Part shown: one piece after another, positions 1 to 13,900 of the stretch | Position numbering within the stretch: the first letter of the stretch is position 1 | Layout: each line of letters opens with the position of its first letter | Assembly: GCA_951406725.2 (NCBI GenBank) | Contig: OX597833.1 | Span: 68,696,001 to 68,760,000 of the forward strand | DNA: 64,000 nucleotides | Reading direction: 5' to 3' | Source: Octopus vulgaris | Lineage: Eukaryota | The notes under the pieces: generated by a model | The model's database searches: none | What the model was told of the DNA's origin: nothing | Seen by the model: the letters and a program-made list of their open reading frames with translations, nothing else | Made by a program: the position numbers and the translations under genes

Positions 1-486
1 CAATGAATTCAGGTAACAATTAAGGAGGGAAATAAACGAATAAAAGGATTTAGTTCCCGTCGTTTACAAAAAATAGAATAGTTTGCTTGAAATGCAATAA
101 TGTGGAGAATTCGGATTATATGATCGTCTCTTTCAAAAAATGTTTGGTATGAGGTTGCATGGCAGGTGGGGTGGCGTTTTCAAGAAAGCCTTCTAATAGT
201 ATTATTCTCTGCGAATTTCAATATTTTATGGCTCTATTAATTAAAATACAAAATTTTAAAATTCAACATTAGAAAGTTTAAATACAATAAATAAATAAAA
301 AATATGAATAAATGAAATACAAAATAAATATTGAAAATGAAAGGAATAATATTTTATTAAAAGAAATAATTAATTAAACATTTTTCAATACAATTTTAAA
401 ATTTTGCTGTTGATTTCCAGTATCTTTTATTCAACTTAATCTTGTTGTGGTTGTTTATATGGAGAAGTGGTGCTGGAGTTATTAAT

Positions 487-1672
487 CATGATAGCGATGG
501 TGGTAGTGATGATGATGATGATGATGATGACGACGGCGATGGTATGGGTGGTTGGTAATGATAATAACTGCAGTATTATCATAATGATAATGCAGATGCA
601 AATACTAACGATGGTGTTTCTGGTGAGGACGAAGCTGATGACGAGGGTGGTAATGATAACGAGGGTGGTGGTGATGTTGATGTGATGATGGTATGAATGA
701 AGATGACGATGGTTACTATGATGACCTTGATCATCATCATCATCATCATCATCTTCATCATCCTCATCACAATCATCATTATCATCATCATCATCACAAT
801 CATCATCATCACATCATCATCACAATCATCATCATCATCATCATCACAATCATCATCATCATCACAATCATCATCGCAATCATCATCGCTATCATCATCA
901 CCATCACAATCATCATCATCATCATCATCATCATCACCACGGTGTCAACAAAGAGAAAGACGACGAAAGCGATATCGACAACGATGAAATATTAATGAAG
1001 ACGATAATGATAGTGGTAAGGATGGTGTCGTTAAGGAAGATGATGATGATGATGACGATGAGGTTGGTAATGAAGTTGCTGGTAATGATGATGATGATGA
1101 TGATTTTGATAATGACTTCCGTAATGGTAATGTTGGCAGTGATAATGTTCGTGAATTTCACGGTGATGGTGATAATGACCATAACGCCTAGAAGGCCATT
1201 AATTATGACGACCTCCATCATCATCATCATTATCATTATCATAATCTTCATCGTAGTGATTGTTAGAATGATGATGATGATGATGATGATGATAACCGTG
1301 ATAATGATTCTTATTTCAATGGTATTTACAATCTTGATGATGGTCAGCTAGAGGAAGGATTGCAGTGTAGGAGGGGAGGGATTTTTCAGGTATATTGGAA
1401 CATTTTCCTTCACCGTTTTCGACGATGCTGAAGTTGAGAGATTCAGTCGATGATGGTCCTCATCACCAAGAGCATCATAACCATTATCCTCATTATCGTC
1501 ATCATCATCATCACCATCAACAGTTAGTATTATCTTCAAGATCATGATAATTACTATAAGGAAGATGGCAACGATAAAAGCAACGATGATGAGAATGATG
1601 GTGAGGATGTCTTGACGCAGTGTGGTGATGGTGATAAGTACGGTGGTGAAGATAACGATGATGATGATGATT
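487..1672. repeat. Degenerate (ATC/GAT)n trinucleotide field with alternating strand polarity
   Basis: GAT-rich blocks at about 487-730, 985-1200, 1267-1340 and 1580-1672 alternate with CAT-rich blocks at about 730-938, 1215-1250 and 1460-1520. This explains the poly-M/I/H/S ORFs. Confidence 0.9.
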
Positions 1673-1883
1673 ATAATATCGAATGGTGACATCGAAAATT
1701 TGCGTGATATAGGCCTTGGTGTAATCCATTGCAATCATGTCATTTATGAACTGATACCATGAGAACATACAAGATAATGTACTTCCGACAACACATTAAA
1801 TTTCGCCTTCAAAACATCAAATTTGCGAAGCCAGAAACAATAAAAATCACGCAAAACTAATGGACGTATACACTTCTTCTACG

Positions 1884-2340
1884 TACATACATACATGTAT
1901 ATATATATATATATATGAATTTACATATATATGTATGTATATATATATATATATATATATATGAGTTAATATATATATATATGTATGTATATATATATAT
2001 GAGTTCATATATATATATGTATGTATATATATATATGAGTTCATATATATATGTATGTATATATATATGAGTTCATATATATATATATATGTATATATAT
2101 ATGAGTTCATATATATATGTATATATATGAGTTCATATATATATATATGTATGAATATATATATGAGTTCATATATATATATATGTATGTATATATATAT
2201 ATGAGTTCATATATATATATATATATATATATATGAATTCGTATGTATATATATATATATATATTATATGTATATATATATATATATATATGTAATGGAT
2301 GTTTAATCATATGCATGTATGTATATATGAGTGCATATAC
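1884..2340. repeat. (TA)n-based minisatellite punctuated by GAGTTC and GTAT
   Basis: The unit ATGAGTTCAT(AT)nGTATGT(AT)n recurs about 10 times with variable TA length. Confidence 0.85.
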
Positions 2341-3130
2341 ATATGTCTATATTTGTATGCGTGCGCATTTATGCAATTATTAGAAATATAATACACAGAA
2401 ACATGCTATATATTATACATATTGCGATATTTGATATCTTGAAGGTGAAATAAATTTTGTGAAGTGAAATAAATTTCGTACAAGTGTTTATAAATTTAAA
2501 AATTATTATTATTATTATCATTATTATTATTATTATTATTATTATTTATCTGAATGAGGTAATTAGGTAAAGTACATGCTCAGATTATTATCATTAACGA
2601 TCGAATAGCATTGTATATAGAGCGTTTATGTTTCTTTTGCTAATACGAAATGACACGTGAGGCAGAGGAAATTAGATTTCAGACATTCCAAGGAATTTCT
2701 AATTCTGCAAATGAAAATTTTGATATTTTACTCATTTTGCTTTAAATTGTTTTGCCACGACATCAAAATATTACTCTTGCAGTTGTTGATACAATATGTG
2801 CCAAAATATTTACCTATTTCTTGCAAATGAAATCTGACATAAATGCGATAATTTTGACAGAGTAACAATAAGTACGTGAGTAAGCGTGTGTATGTATGAA
2901 TGTAGGTAGGTACATTAGTGTATATATATACATGCATATATATATACATGTAGGAATGCATTTTTCTATTTTTATTCACACCATCACGTGGAGGAAACTA
3001 AACTCACAGAAGAAAGAAACAAGGAGAGAAAGATTTAGATTTAAACGCGCTTAAAAACAGATCCAAACAAATTAAAACATATATTATCCTATTTATGCGT
3101 ATGAATGTGTATGCACGCATACATATGTAC

Positions 3131-3167
<37 letters not shown>

Positions 3168-3217
3168 TTGATAAAATATTTAAAGGGATTTTATCCTTAA
3201 TTCGATATACAGAATAC

Positions 3218-3262
<45 letters not shown>

Positions 3263-3266
3263 CATA

Positions 3267-3638
3267 GGCACAGGAGTGGCTGTGTGGTAAGTAGCTTGCT
3301 AACCAACCACATGGTTCCGGGTTCAGTCCCACTGCGTGGCATCTTCGGCAAGTGTCTTCTGCTATAGCCCCGGACCGACCAATGCCTTGTGAGTGGATTT
3401 GGTAGACGGAAACTGAAAGAAGCCTGTCGTATATATGTATATGTATGTGTGTGTGTGTGTTTGTGTGTCCCCCTAGCATTGCTTGACAACCGATGCTTAG
3501 CGGTTCGGCAAAAGTGACCGATAGAATAAGTACTAGCCTTACAAAAAATAAGTCCCGGGGTCAATTTGCTCGACTAAAGGCGGTGCCCCAGCATGGCCGC
3601 AGTCAAATGACTGAAACAAGTAAAAGAGTAAAAGAGTA
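3267..3638 (+). mobile_element. tRNA-derived SINE, family A, young copy
   Basis: Head has A-box TGGCTGTGTGG and B-box GGTTCAGTCCC, followed by an internal (TA)/(TG) microsatellite and a (GTAAAAGA)n tail. Near-identical to copies at 42.1, 50.1, 60.4 and 63.5 kb, with an internal deletion of about 23 nt. Confidence 0.9.
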
Positions 3639-3681
3639 TACGCATATACATATATATATGTAAATACACATATGTAAACAA

Positions 3682-3721
<40 letters not shown>

Positions 3722-4543
3722 TGGAACTGAAACCAAAGTCGCGTAATTACAAAGCGAGTTTCTTACCGACGCGGCCATGTTTGAATGCGCCTATGTTCGA
3801 ATTCTCTGAATAATTAAATAGAAACAACGACGCAAATACGCTCGAGAATCAAAAACAACAACCGAATTTTGTTTAATAATAATTAAAAGAAAATCGTAGG
3901 GATACAGTCATAAAAAAAAAATCTATCCATGACCATCCTTTAGCTCTGCGCACCCAGTAGCAGAAGCACAAACAGCAATAATACCAATTACATGAAAAAT
4001 TAATTATCAAAAACGGAGGTTATAAGAGCTAAAGGAAGCTGTCTACAAATGAATTACTTTTACGCAAAACATCTAAAGAATACGAATTGATTTCCTTTTC
4101 ATTAACATACTTTCTTTTGCAAAGATTTCTCTGCCAATATTCGGAAATATAGCATTCCTTTCAGCATCAGAATGATATCATCAAATTCTTGCACATGTTC
4201 TATATACACACACTCGATCATTGATTCCCAAATGAATATTTTTAAAAAATAATTTGGTGATAATGTATTTGATATCATGGAATTTTGTGAAAAATTCAGA
4301 GATAAGCAAATATATCGACATATGATGTGTGTGTGTATATATATATGTATATATATGTATATATATATATAAATGTGTGTGTTTTGTTATGTGTGGGTTT
4401 GAGATTTAGTTTGTATTTTCGTGCGTGTGTGTGTACTGGCGTGTCTTTTTCTATCCCTGTGAGAATACGAACATATTGTTTGCACACACGTTCATGATAT
4501 TTCGATAGAGTTTGGATAAATATCACGCTGAAAGATTATAATG

Positions 4544-4580
<37 letters not shown>

Positions 4581-5124
4581 TAAAATCTAAACAAATCAGA
4601 AGAATAATACAAAGAAAATGCAACAAAGGAAAACTTATTCTTAGAAATTTGTTTATTTCCGATCTGTCTTCAGGAAACAGACATTCCGAGAAACAAAACA
4701 GTATTCTTCCTTCCATTTTAGACCAATAATTACAGGGGGAAAAATAGTGTACTGCAGAAAGAGAGCGAAAACAAAACAGAAGCAGAAGATGCATGCATGA
4801 AGCAGTTTCATAAATTGTTTAGAAAATAATTATTTTAGATTCGTGAAATTTCTGAAACGTTCAATGCAAGTTTATATCTTCTAATATCTGGGATAAAGAC
4901 ATTTCAATCACTTTAAAGAGAAAATTCATCAGATTCAATGAAACCTAAATGCAAACACAGCAACTCGCAGAATATCAATCGAATACCAAGAATGTAAGCA
5001 TCAAAATATTCATAACCAAAACAATGGAACTGCTGCCTGAGACTCTATAAACAACACATGGCAGAAGTGTGGAATCCCATGTTGATAGGGAACTTACAGA
5101 CCTCTGTACATATATATATATATA

Positions 5125-5507
5125 CTAGCAGTATCACCCGGCGTTGCTCGGGTTTGTAAGGGAAATAACTATAAAGCATTTTTAGAGAGTTATAGCCAAA
5201 AAATAGCAAAAAAATGGAAAAAAAATGATGGTAAATTTTTTTGAGAGTTAAAAAGATCGAGTTGCGTCCCCTAGACAGTCTGTGGTATGTGTTTCTGATT
5301 CTCGATCCCATGTCGAATTTATCGATTTTTTTTTCAGAACTGGGGGAACTTTTCAAAATTTTCGCTGCGTTAGTTTTGAATTATGACAGTGGGCTATGTG
5401 TGTGTCAAGTTTCATCAGAATCGGTTGAAAGCCGTGGTCAGGGTGAGGGTACAACCTGACAAACACACAGACACACACACAGACAAACTGCCGTTTATAT
5501 ATAGAGA
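5125..5507 (-). mobile_element. Non-autonomous Helitron
   Basis: On the minus strand: 5' TCTCTATATATAAA, a subterminal GTCT/GT microsatellite, 3' hairpin CCCGAGCAACGCCGGG, then CTAG. Inserted between A and T in (TA)n with no TSD. Confidence 0.85.
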
Positions 5508-5769
5508 TATATATATATGTGTGTGTGTGTGTGTACAGAGGAAGCAGTTATCTATTGCCTGACAAGGGAGAGAACCTCTTTAAAGCCAGCTGGAGTGTCG
5601 GATCATCTATTCGATGAATCACCATGTGAGATGCTTATTTTGTTGCCTAGGGTTAAGCTGAAATCGCCTAGCGGGTTTGTTCCCCTTGTCAATCATTAGA
5701 CAACTATTATGCCCCTGGCCCAGAGTGGCCTGACACTTATTTATAGCAATGCTAATTATTATATATCTT

Positions 5770-5958
5770 CACCATGATAGATCACTAGTAACTAAACCTT
5801 TTTCTAGTTTCTCTCCCTGTTTATTTCTGTGTTCCTTTCTGTCGAAGAGCATAGGCTTGAAATATAAAAGACTTTCTCACTTCCCAAGCGTTATTCTAAT
5901 ACATCTGTTTGTTGTTTACACATACGTCTTCGTCTCTTGTTTTTCAAAAAATCTCACT
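5770..5958 (+). mobile_element. Family G short repeat (Penelope-LTR-like) with degenerate hammerhead-like motif
   Basis: Homologous to 27300-27511 and 52062-52192. Motif CTTT-CTGTCGAA-GAGC atag GCTT-GAAA-TA-TA-AAAG at about 5835-5870. Confidence 0.6.
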
Positions 5959-5978
5959 ATACACACACAAACACACAC

Positions 5979-6041
<63 letters not shown>

Positions 6042-6463
6042 TTTGTACATGTATGTATATTTGCATGCACGTATGCATACATGTGAAGGTGTCTAAAAAC
6101 TACTTTTGTAGGTGACACTACTACATATTAGAATATGTCTGCAGAACTATCTGTCTACGCTTGAAGCATGACATGGGAATCTAACTTCAAGAGTACCCTG
6201 TTACTTGACGTTCTGTAATGACTGATGACATTATAATGATGCAATAATCACTTCCATTCCATAAACTAAATAATTTAAAGAAGCATTATTCCATTACTGC
6301 TTCAGTTTTCTATTTCTACTCACCGAACAGCATTGGACAACATACATACATACATACATACATACATACACATACACACACACACACACATACATACACA
6401 CACACATACACACATACATACATACATACACACACACATACACACATATATATATATACATAT

Positions 6464-6498
<35 letters not shown>

Positions 6499-6970
6499 CG
6501 TATTACAAGCAGATTTTTCGTAATTAATTCTCCTCTAATGTTTAGTATATTATTGCACTCCACTCTCGATTTGACGGCAATTTCGTATTTCACATTATAT
6601 ATATATATATATATATGTAACATATACATTATAGATGTATGTACGACACACACATACATAACTCTATGTGTGTGCGTGTGTGTGTGCGTGTGTGTGTGTG
6701 TGCGTGACTGTGTGTGTGTACGTCTAGGATTGTTTTAAGACACTTAATCTGTAAACTATGAAATCAGCCACTCGAAATAATTCCATGCTAAATGCAGCAG
6801 TCAACAGGTTTCACTCAATTATACGCTTCTAAATGTAATTTGTTTCGGCAATTAAAACGGAAAAATCAGAGAAACATAATTCAAGAGTTTCTCTTAATAG
6901 CCGTCACAGGAATATATGAAGACATGTATGTCTTTTGTTTTATGTGTGTTGTAATTACGTTTCCATGCAC

Positions 6971-7018
<48 letters not shown>

Positions 7019-7251
7019 ATATATATATATATGTGCGTGTATGTAGATGTACACATGTATATATAGATACATATACCCATATGCATGTACAATATACGTA
7101 TATATATATATATTTATATATATCCACACACACACACACATATATATATGCATAATACATATATATATATATATGCATATTACATCTATATATCTATATA
7201 TATATATGCCTATTACATATATATCTATATATATATATATATACTTATTAT

Positions 7252-7306
<55 letters not shown>

Positions 7307-9130
7307 TATACCTATTTGTGAGTTACACAAGTATACATTCCTGTGTTTCTGTTTATATGCAAATTATCCTACTTAGCATACATCCTATTTCTAACCCTAC
7401 TTATATATCAGAAAAAGTGTCCCCTGCGTGTGAATAACCTCTTCTTGTCTTCTCGTATATCTGTTTAAACATCTGCAATTATTGTCAATGATTGTTACGT
7501 TTCATTTGTTTTTGTCGCTTTCATATCTGGCTTTTTGACATGATTCAGATTGGAATCTAATAAAGCGTTATATCTTCAAATACGTTTAAACTGCTGTGCA
7601 AGTGCCAAGTTAATCGTGTGCTTAAAGAGGAAGCTGTACGACTAAAAGAAGCACGACATTATTCATATATGCTTCGTGGCAATTCGCCAATAATCTTCAG
7701 AAACTTAAGTTGCTAAAGTCTTGTTTAAAGTAAATGGCATTACGGAAAGAAATACTAAGGAAGAATGGGAGAGAGGGGGAGGAATGAGTGAAGGAAGAGA
7801 TATAGAATGAGAATGGGCAATAAACAGCGTAAATTTACTAACCAATGTGAAAATCGTTGTTTAGTTGAAATAATTCTTCAGCAATTAATACTGTTTGGTT
7901 ATTGCTGCTGGTGTGGGATATAAAAGTGAAAAGTGCGAAGAAAATGGAAAATCCCTGCCTTTGCATGATGTATATTCATATTTCATTTTGTTTATTCCGG
8001 CCGCCATGTCAAAGGTCGATGCTTGATAAGCGCTTTCTTAATGAAAATTTCCGATGCGTGATTGTAAATATTTGGAGATTAGTCGTTAGTTAAGGATAGT
8101 TCATAGGGGTCATTTAAATAAATTAAACCGGAATAAGCAAATAATGTCTATATACGTCAAGGAGAATAACTTTACGATTTAGCCGCTAATTTTTCTTAAT
8201 ATTTCCTCGACGATCATCTTAAAACATGAAAGAATCTTTAGAGATAGGTTTATATATATTCTGGTAATTTTAAAAGAGGGATAGTTGCTGTGAGAGTAAC
8301 TGAACCGTTTGATTAAGTGTGACTCCGAATGAAGAAGAAGAAGCGTGATGTCAGTAAAGGAATAGGAATGCAGCGCTCCAAGAAATAAGAAGGCGAATGC
8401 GAAGTGAAAATTATGATTCGCTAGCAATAAGAGCTAAGCTAACACTAATCCTAACCTACTATCCTTTAAATTGAAAAGTAATATTTCAAAATAGAATCCA
8501 AGAAGCTTGGATCGTATTATGACTGTGAAAAAGAAAAAAGAAAATAGTTTGGCCATGTCTGGGACGTTTTTGATCCTAGGTCAGTTCGATGAAAAGCAAT
8601 CATAATAAAAATGACCATGATGACTACAACGACAACAACAACACAATAACTATGTGCAGGAAACCATCTGAAGGCAGCGCTACAAGAATTCACTTGGTGT
8701 TTGTAAGGCCTCTGGCAGCCTAACAACGTATTACCTGCTTCCATTACACTCAACAGAACATATGCTTATCTCAAACTATTCTAATATATTCTAATATATT
8801 GAAACCTTGACACGTACCGAACAGCAAGTGTTTAACCTGGAGGCAACGTCCAATATGGCGCGATTTCATTTTCGATTAACCGTTTCTGGTTAGAGGCATT
8901 TTTCTCTTCCCCAGTACACTTGGGAAAATACTGAACGTATATCAAATATGATCACACCCTTAATATGTAATGCATGTGTATCTTCAGGTTAAATATAAAT
9001 CGATAATATAATTCGGACACATGTAACTGAAATTGTAGATCGACAAATATTCATTCTTATTTAACCTTTATGTCAACCATTTTGAAATTAATAACGCAAG
9101 AGCCAGCATAGTTAATGTTACGAGGCAATT

Positions 9131-9180
<50 letters not shown>

Positions 9181-10104
9181 CAAACATTCATTTGTATACC
9201 TGTTTGTATGCATATCAAAGTCTGTTTCTGTCAAAGCGCATAATTAAAATGTAAAGTTACTCAATGTTTGATAAAGGCATATGGTTATTACACTTCAACA
9301 AGAAGACAGATTACTGAGTCTTCGGGGCTTTAGCATGATAGCGTTCGTTAAACATATTATACTTGGGTTCCTTCTGACTTTATACAGCTTTTGTGAAGTT
9401 AATATTCTTGGATAGGGGCAGCTTAAGTTGGATTTCAAATATAGCTCAGTCAGAAGAAAACTAAAAGTCCTATACACCGAAGCCTCTGCCAACCCCTTTT
9501 TTCAATATGTATATATTTATATACATATATGTGTGTGTGCTTTTCTGTCTGTATACATGTGTGTGGGGGAATATAATCACGTAAGACTAAAGATATGACA
9601 ACATATGGATCAGTTAAACATTGGCAAAATGACCCAAAAAGCTACAAGTTAAGCAATACGTTGCCTTCTAGTAGAGAGTGAAATACATATCTTTCAAACT
9701 GAGGTATTCGTTCGTGATAATACGTAATACAAGGGATACACAGAAAACCGGTTTGGAAAAAAACAGTGACCATAAACTGAAGCTAAATATCCGTTGTTTT
9801 CCTGTTAAGACACATAAACTATTGCATGTTCTATTTCATTTGAGAATAATGAGTATTAGCCTGTAGTTCATAAGGTATCTGTTAGGCAATGAAAGAGCGA
9901 TAACATGCAGTCTTCTTTAATTAACTCTTTCTTTTAATTATAGTACAAAAGGCCGCCCAGCAAAACGAGCAACTAGTAAACTTGAAGTACGGACTGGATG
10001 TATAATCCACAAATGTATAATCCACAAATGTATAATTATATTCTGCATAATTCATTGCCCAAATTGCATCGTGTGCTATATATGTGTGTGAAAAAATGTT
10101 CGTG

Positions 10105-10383
10105 GTCTTGTAGTCAAGGAGTTGCACACATGACCGCTAGATCGTGAGTTCGATTTCTGGAACGGGCGCGGCTTGTGTTCTTGAGCAAAACGCTTCATTT
10201 AACGTTGCCGCAGTCCATTCAGCTGTAAATGGAGAACCCTACGGTGGTATGCTCTTCCGATTCGGAGAAATGCTGGACTGCTCGCCTAGCCAAGCGGGTA
10301 GAGCAATTCGAAAACGGAAACGATGCAAAGCGTATTGGGAGCATAAATGTATAACGACAACCGATAATCTGATCAATACCGCG

Positions 10384-10385
<2 letters not shown>
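10105..10385 (+). mobile_element. Decayed SINE with family B-like head and core but a different tail
   Basis: B-box-like GAGTTCGATTTC and core TTGTGTTCTTGAGCAAAACGCTTCATTTAACGTTGC...TCAGCTGTAAATG match family B. The downstream sequence does not. Confidence 0.55.
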
Positions 10386-10419
<34 letters not shown>

Positions 10420-11126
10420 GTGTGTGTGTTCGGGTATTATCTGGTAGTTGATAAATGATTTAGAAGTATTTCTCCATTTTCTTATTTTGTATATATATAT
10501 ATATATATGGGAATATTCATTATTGTAGCTTTATATACACACTCACACATAGGCGCATGTACGTACGTACGCACATTGCATATACATACATATTACAACA
10601 CTAGGGCTGACAAAAATACCTGAAAGGAATGTTTTTCCTGCTAAATAAAAGAAGGCATCGTCTCATACATGTGATATGTCGTGGTGTAAATGAAGTCGAT
10701 ATAATTATGATAAAGATGCGACATAAATTCCCTCACGAAATCTTCAGGCGAAAAACAAGGGAGATAAATCAATTAACATAAAATAGTTCAAAATATTGCA
10801 AAACAATAAAAATGCTGCGGGAAGTCGATCACGGATTGAAAACCAACTGGTGAAACCCGATCGTAATGGATGATTCTGGTGCGCGTGTGACTTTATATAT
10901 GAATACACGTGTGTGTTTCAGTGACTGTCCATGTGCGCATGTGTGTGTAGCAGATTAGGAAACTCTTTATTAATATATCAATGAGTGTATATACTATACA
11001 TTCGTAAATAAATTAAGACAGATTTATTTAAATATATTGATTTGTCTATCTGTGCGTGCGTTTACGTACAATTGTACAAACACGACGTTCATCTAGAGGC
11101 CTCTGTCTATGCTCTTGTCTCTCTCT

Positions 11127-11169
<43 letters not shown>

Positions 11170-12279
11170 CTCACACAAACACACATACATAATGCACGTA
11201 TATTCAACATGAAGGATATGTTTATGCAACGATGTAGCAACTTAAGTAGGCATAAGTAAATAGTACTCTCTGTTTCTAACATACCATTTATTGTTATTTG
11301 ATGATGTAGTCGGGAATATTGATATCCTATGTGTGATGCTCCGGGCGAATCCATTTCACATTATAGAATCAGTATCATGCAATACTTATCATCCTTTTAA
11401 TATAACTTGCGGGGATTTCACTGCTTATTCACTTAATTCACAAGATTGACAAATTCCAGGTTGGCTTCCTTGATAAATAAATCTATTTCGTTTACCTCTT
11501 TGATTGTCAGCCTTCTCAAAACTTTGTTGTATTTATGATTCTCAGATTTCATGTTATGTTTATTTAAATGTTTCTGTGACTGTTAACCTCTTTCGTTCGA
11601 TATTCAACGAAGAAAAGGCGCGAGTAATGCATATAGCACGCTTGCGAATATTAGCAGTTTTTCAAGATGGTTATGTGTACACAACAACAACAACAACACG
11701 CGCCTCCGACTGAAAAGGAAAGCTTACGCATGCGTAACACTCTCTTCTTCAATGCAAATCCTTGCATGTATCCTGTCCGCTAAGTCAACGATCGCTGTTT
11801 ATCTAACATGAAATCGTGTTTGCCAAACTATGTAAATAAAATTCAATGCAATAACAACATATTAGGTACAATATAAATATAATTTGATATAATGCAACAT
11901 ACACAAGCACACGCCGGCAGATACATAACATACGTAGATTGGACAAACATATATGTGTGTTTAAACAGAATGCACGCGTAAATTAACAAGGACACATACA
12001 CACACATATATATATACATGTTAATGCAAATCTCTCCTTCCCTAAACATATATGTTTATAAAAACATACTCCACAGGTTTCACACATGCATCTGTGTGTT
12101 TTTGTGTCTGTGTGTGTGTTTGTGTGAATACGTAATTATATTAACACACATAGGACACGCGAACAGAAGTATTATATACGCCACCTTCGTTAAAAATCGA
12201 ACTCCCCGACCAAACTACCAACATTATCAATGCCAATATGATTAGCAATCATCACCATCTTTATTTTAACGCGGAGTTT

Positions 12280-13200
12280 GGAGAATTCATCCCATAGAGT
12301 GTTTTTTTCGTTAATTGGCACGGGCTTCTGTAACCTCTTCCCAATGTTTAGGCTTTTACAATTCCTCTTCATCAATTTGGAACCCTTGCTTTTTCTCCAC
12401 ACCACAGTCATCGTCAATGCGCATCGTATACTCGTACAAGCATAATTTTCTTTTTTGCTCACTACATCGCATTGTTCCTATATATCGCGTTTTGTCTTTA
12501 TACTCTGTCTTTCTTGTATATTAATGTTACAGTTTAAGCCATGTACGCCTTCGTCATTTCTTTTTCATCTTAGCGAATCCGCCACTAACATCCTCACCCT
12601 GCCCTCCCATACAGGTATGCGTAACGTACACAAGTATTATACTATATTCCTTTCGCATTGAGGATACTAGCAGAAATAAATTGTTCCTTAATCTTTTGGA
12701 ATATGATAATCATTCGGTCTGCTGTGCTTTCGGAGAGCCCACCTCTACAACTATTTTTATCAACTTGGTAGCAACAGCTAGCGATTGTTTCTCCGAAGCC
12801 TTTTGCATATTTTGTAAAACGTATTTGTCGTCTACTGTCATACCATGGCACTAACGTTGGTGAGGCATTATTTTCTTTTCTACTTAATAATGTAGAAAAC
12901 GATAGGCCAATGATGAAAGTTTTCTTAAGAATTTCTCCTGTACTACTTTTATGGACTCAACTATGACAACTCTGGCAAGACCGCCCTCATATTGCTAACT
13001 CCTGTTATTTTCTGCACACCTACAATAGATATCAGGTGGACGGGAACCACGCTTGATGTACCCACTTGCTTGCGAAATTTAGAGCATTTCTAGATATGAC
13101 CCGCACGGCCATTTGAAACCGTTTACGTAACCCTTAGATTCCTTAACTGTCAGCAAAATGTAGAGCGTTGTACTCTGTCACAGACTTCCGTGTAGATGAG
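12280..13200 (-). pseudogene. Highly decayed RTE-clade LINE ORF fragment
   Basis: Minus-strand peptides YNALHFADS (YADD-like), SCRGGLSESTADRMIIIFQKIKEQ, CNINIQERQSIK and GTMRCSEQKRKLCLYEYTMRIDDDCGVE are collinear with the better-preserved RTE at 26.4-27.3 kb and the RTE C-terminal consensus. May extend to about 13800. Confidence 0.55.
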
Positions 13201-13863
13201 CTGTTCTCAGCCATTTCTGAAGAAGTATAATCACTTTACTGCGCATAAATTTTACGAGCAAAATTTTCTATTGACGCTCAGTGGTAATATGGGCCCCGCA
13301 ATTGAGAACTAGCGGCGTATATGAATGCTAGTGCATTAATAATATCTCTTTCTGGTACAAGACTTAACATCATCTCATCTGAGCTGATTGTTTTACTGAT
13401 AATTTGTGCTACAAATCTTCTTATAACATTTAAAAGTTCGACTTTTATTTGATGGCTCTACACTTGTCTTCCTTCACCTCATACATTTACTTCCTTTGTC
13501 GCAGCGCTATATGCCAGACAAAGCGAGAAACCGATATTTTAAAGAATCAGACAAGCTGAATCGATGCAACATTCCGTTTTCTTGCTCGCTGGAAAAACTT
13601 TGCTCTTCTAAATGGAAACGTTACCTGTCATTGTGGTCTTGTGACAAGAAGCAAAGCAGGCCTTGGCGTCCACTACTCAAGAAAACACATAGTAAATGAT
13701 CAACAAGCTCTCGAGCAAACTGAGTCCTCACTTTCATCCATTTGTCAAATGCGTTCCAAGGCATCAACAGACTTCAAGAGACACATTCGCGTCCATGGAA
13801 CTTGATTAAGACCTCATTTCAGTGAATCCTCATTTGTTCACGGCAAGACAAGCCATCACACAC

Positions 13864-13900
<37 letters not shown>

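Noticed and set aside
467-1768. His-, Ile-, Met- and Ser-rich ORFs
   Set aside because: They are translations of ATC/GAT repeats that are open in several frames on both strands, with no domain signal.
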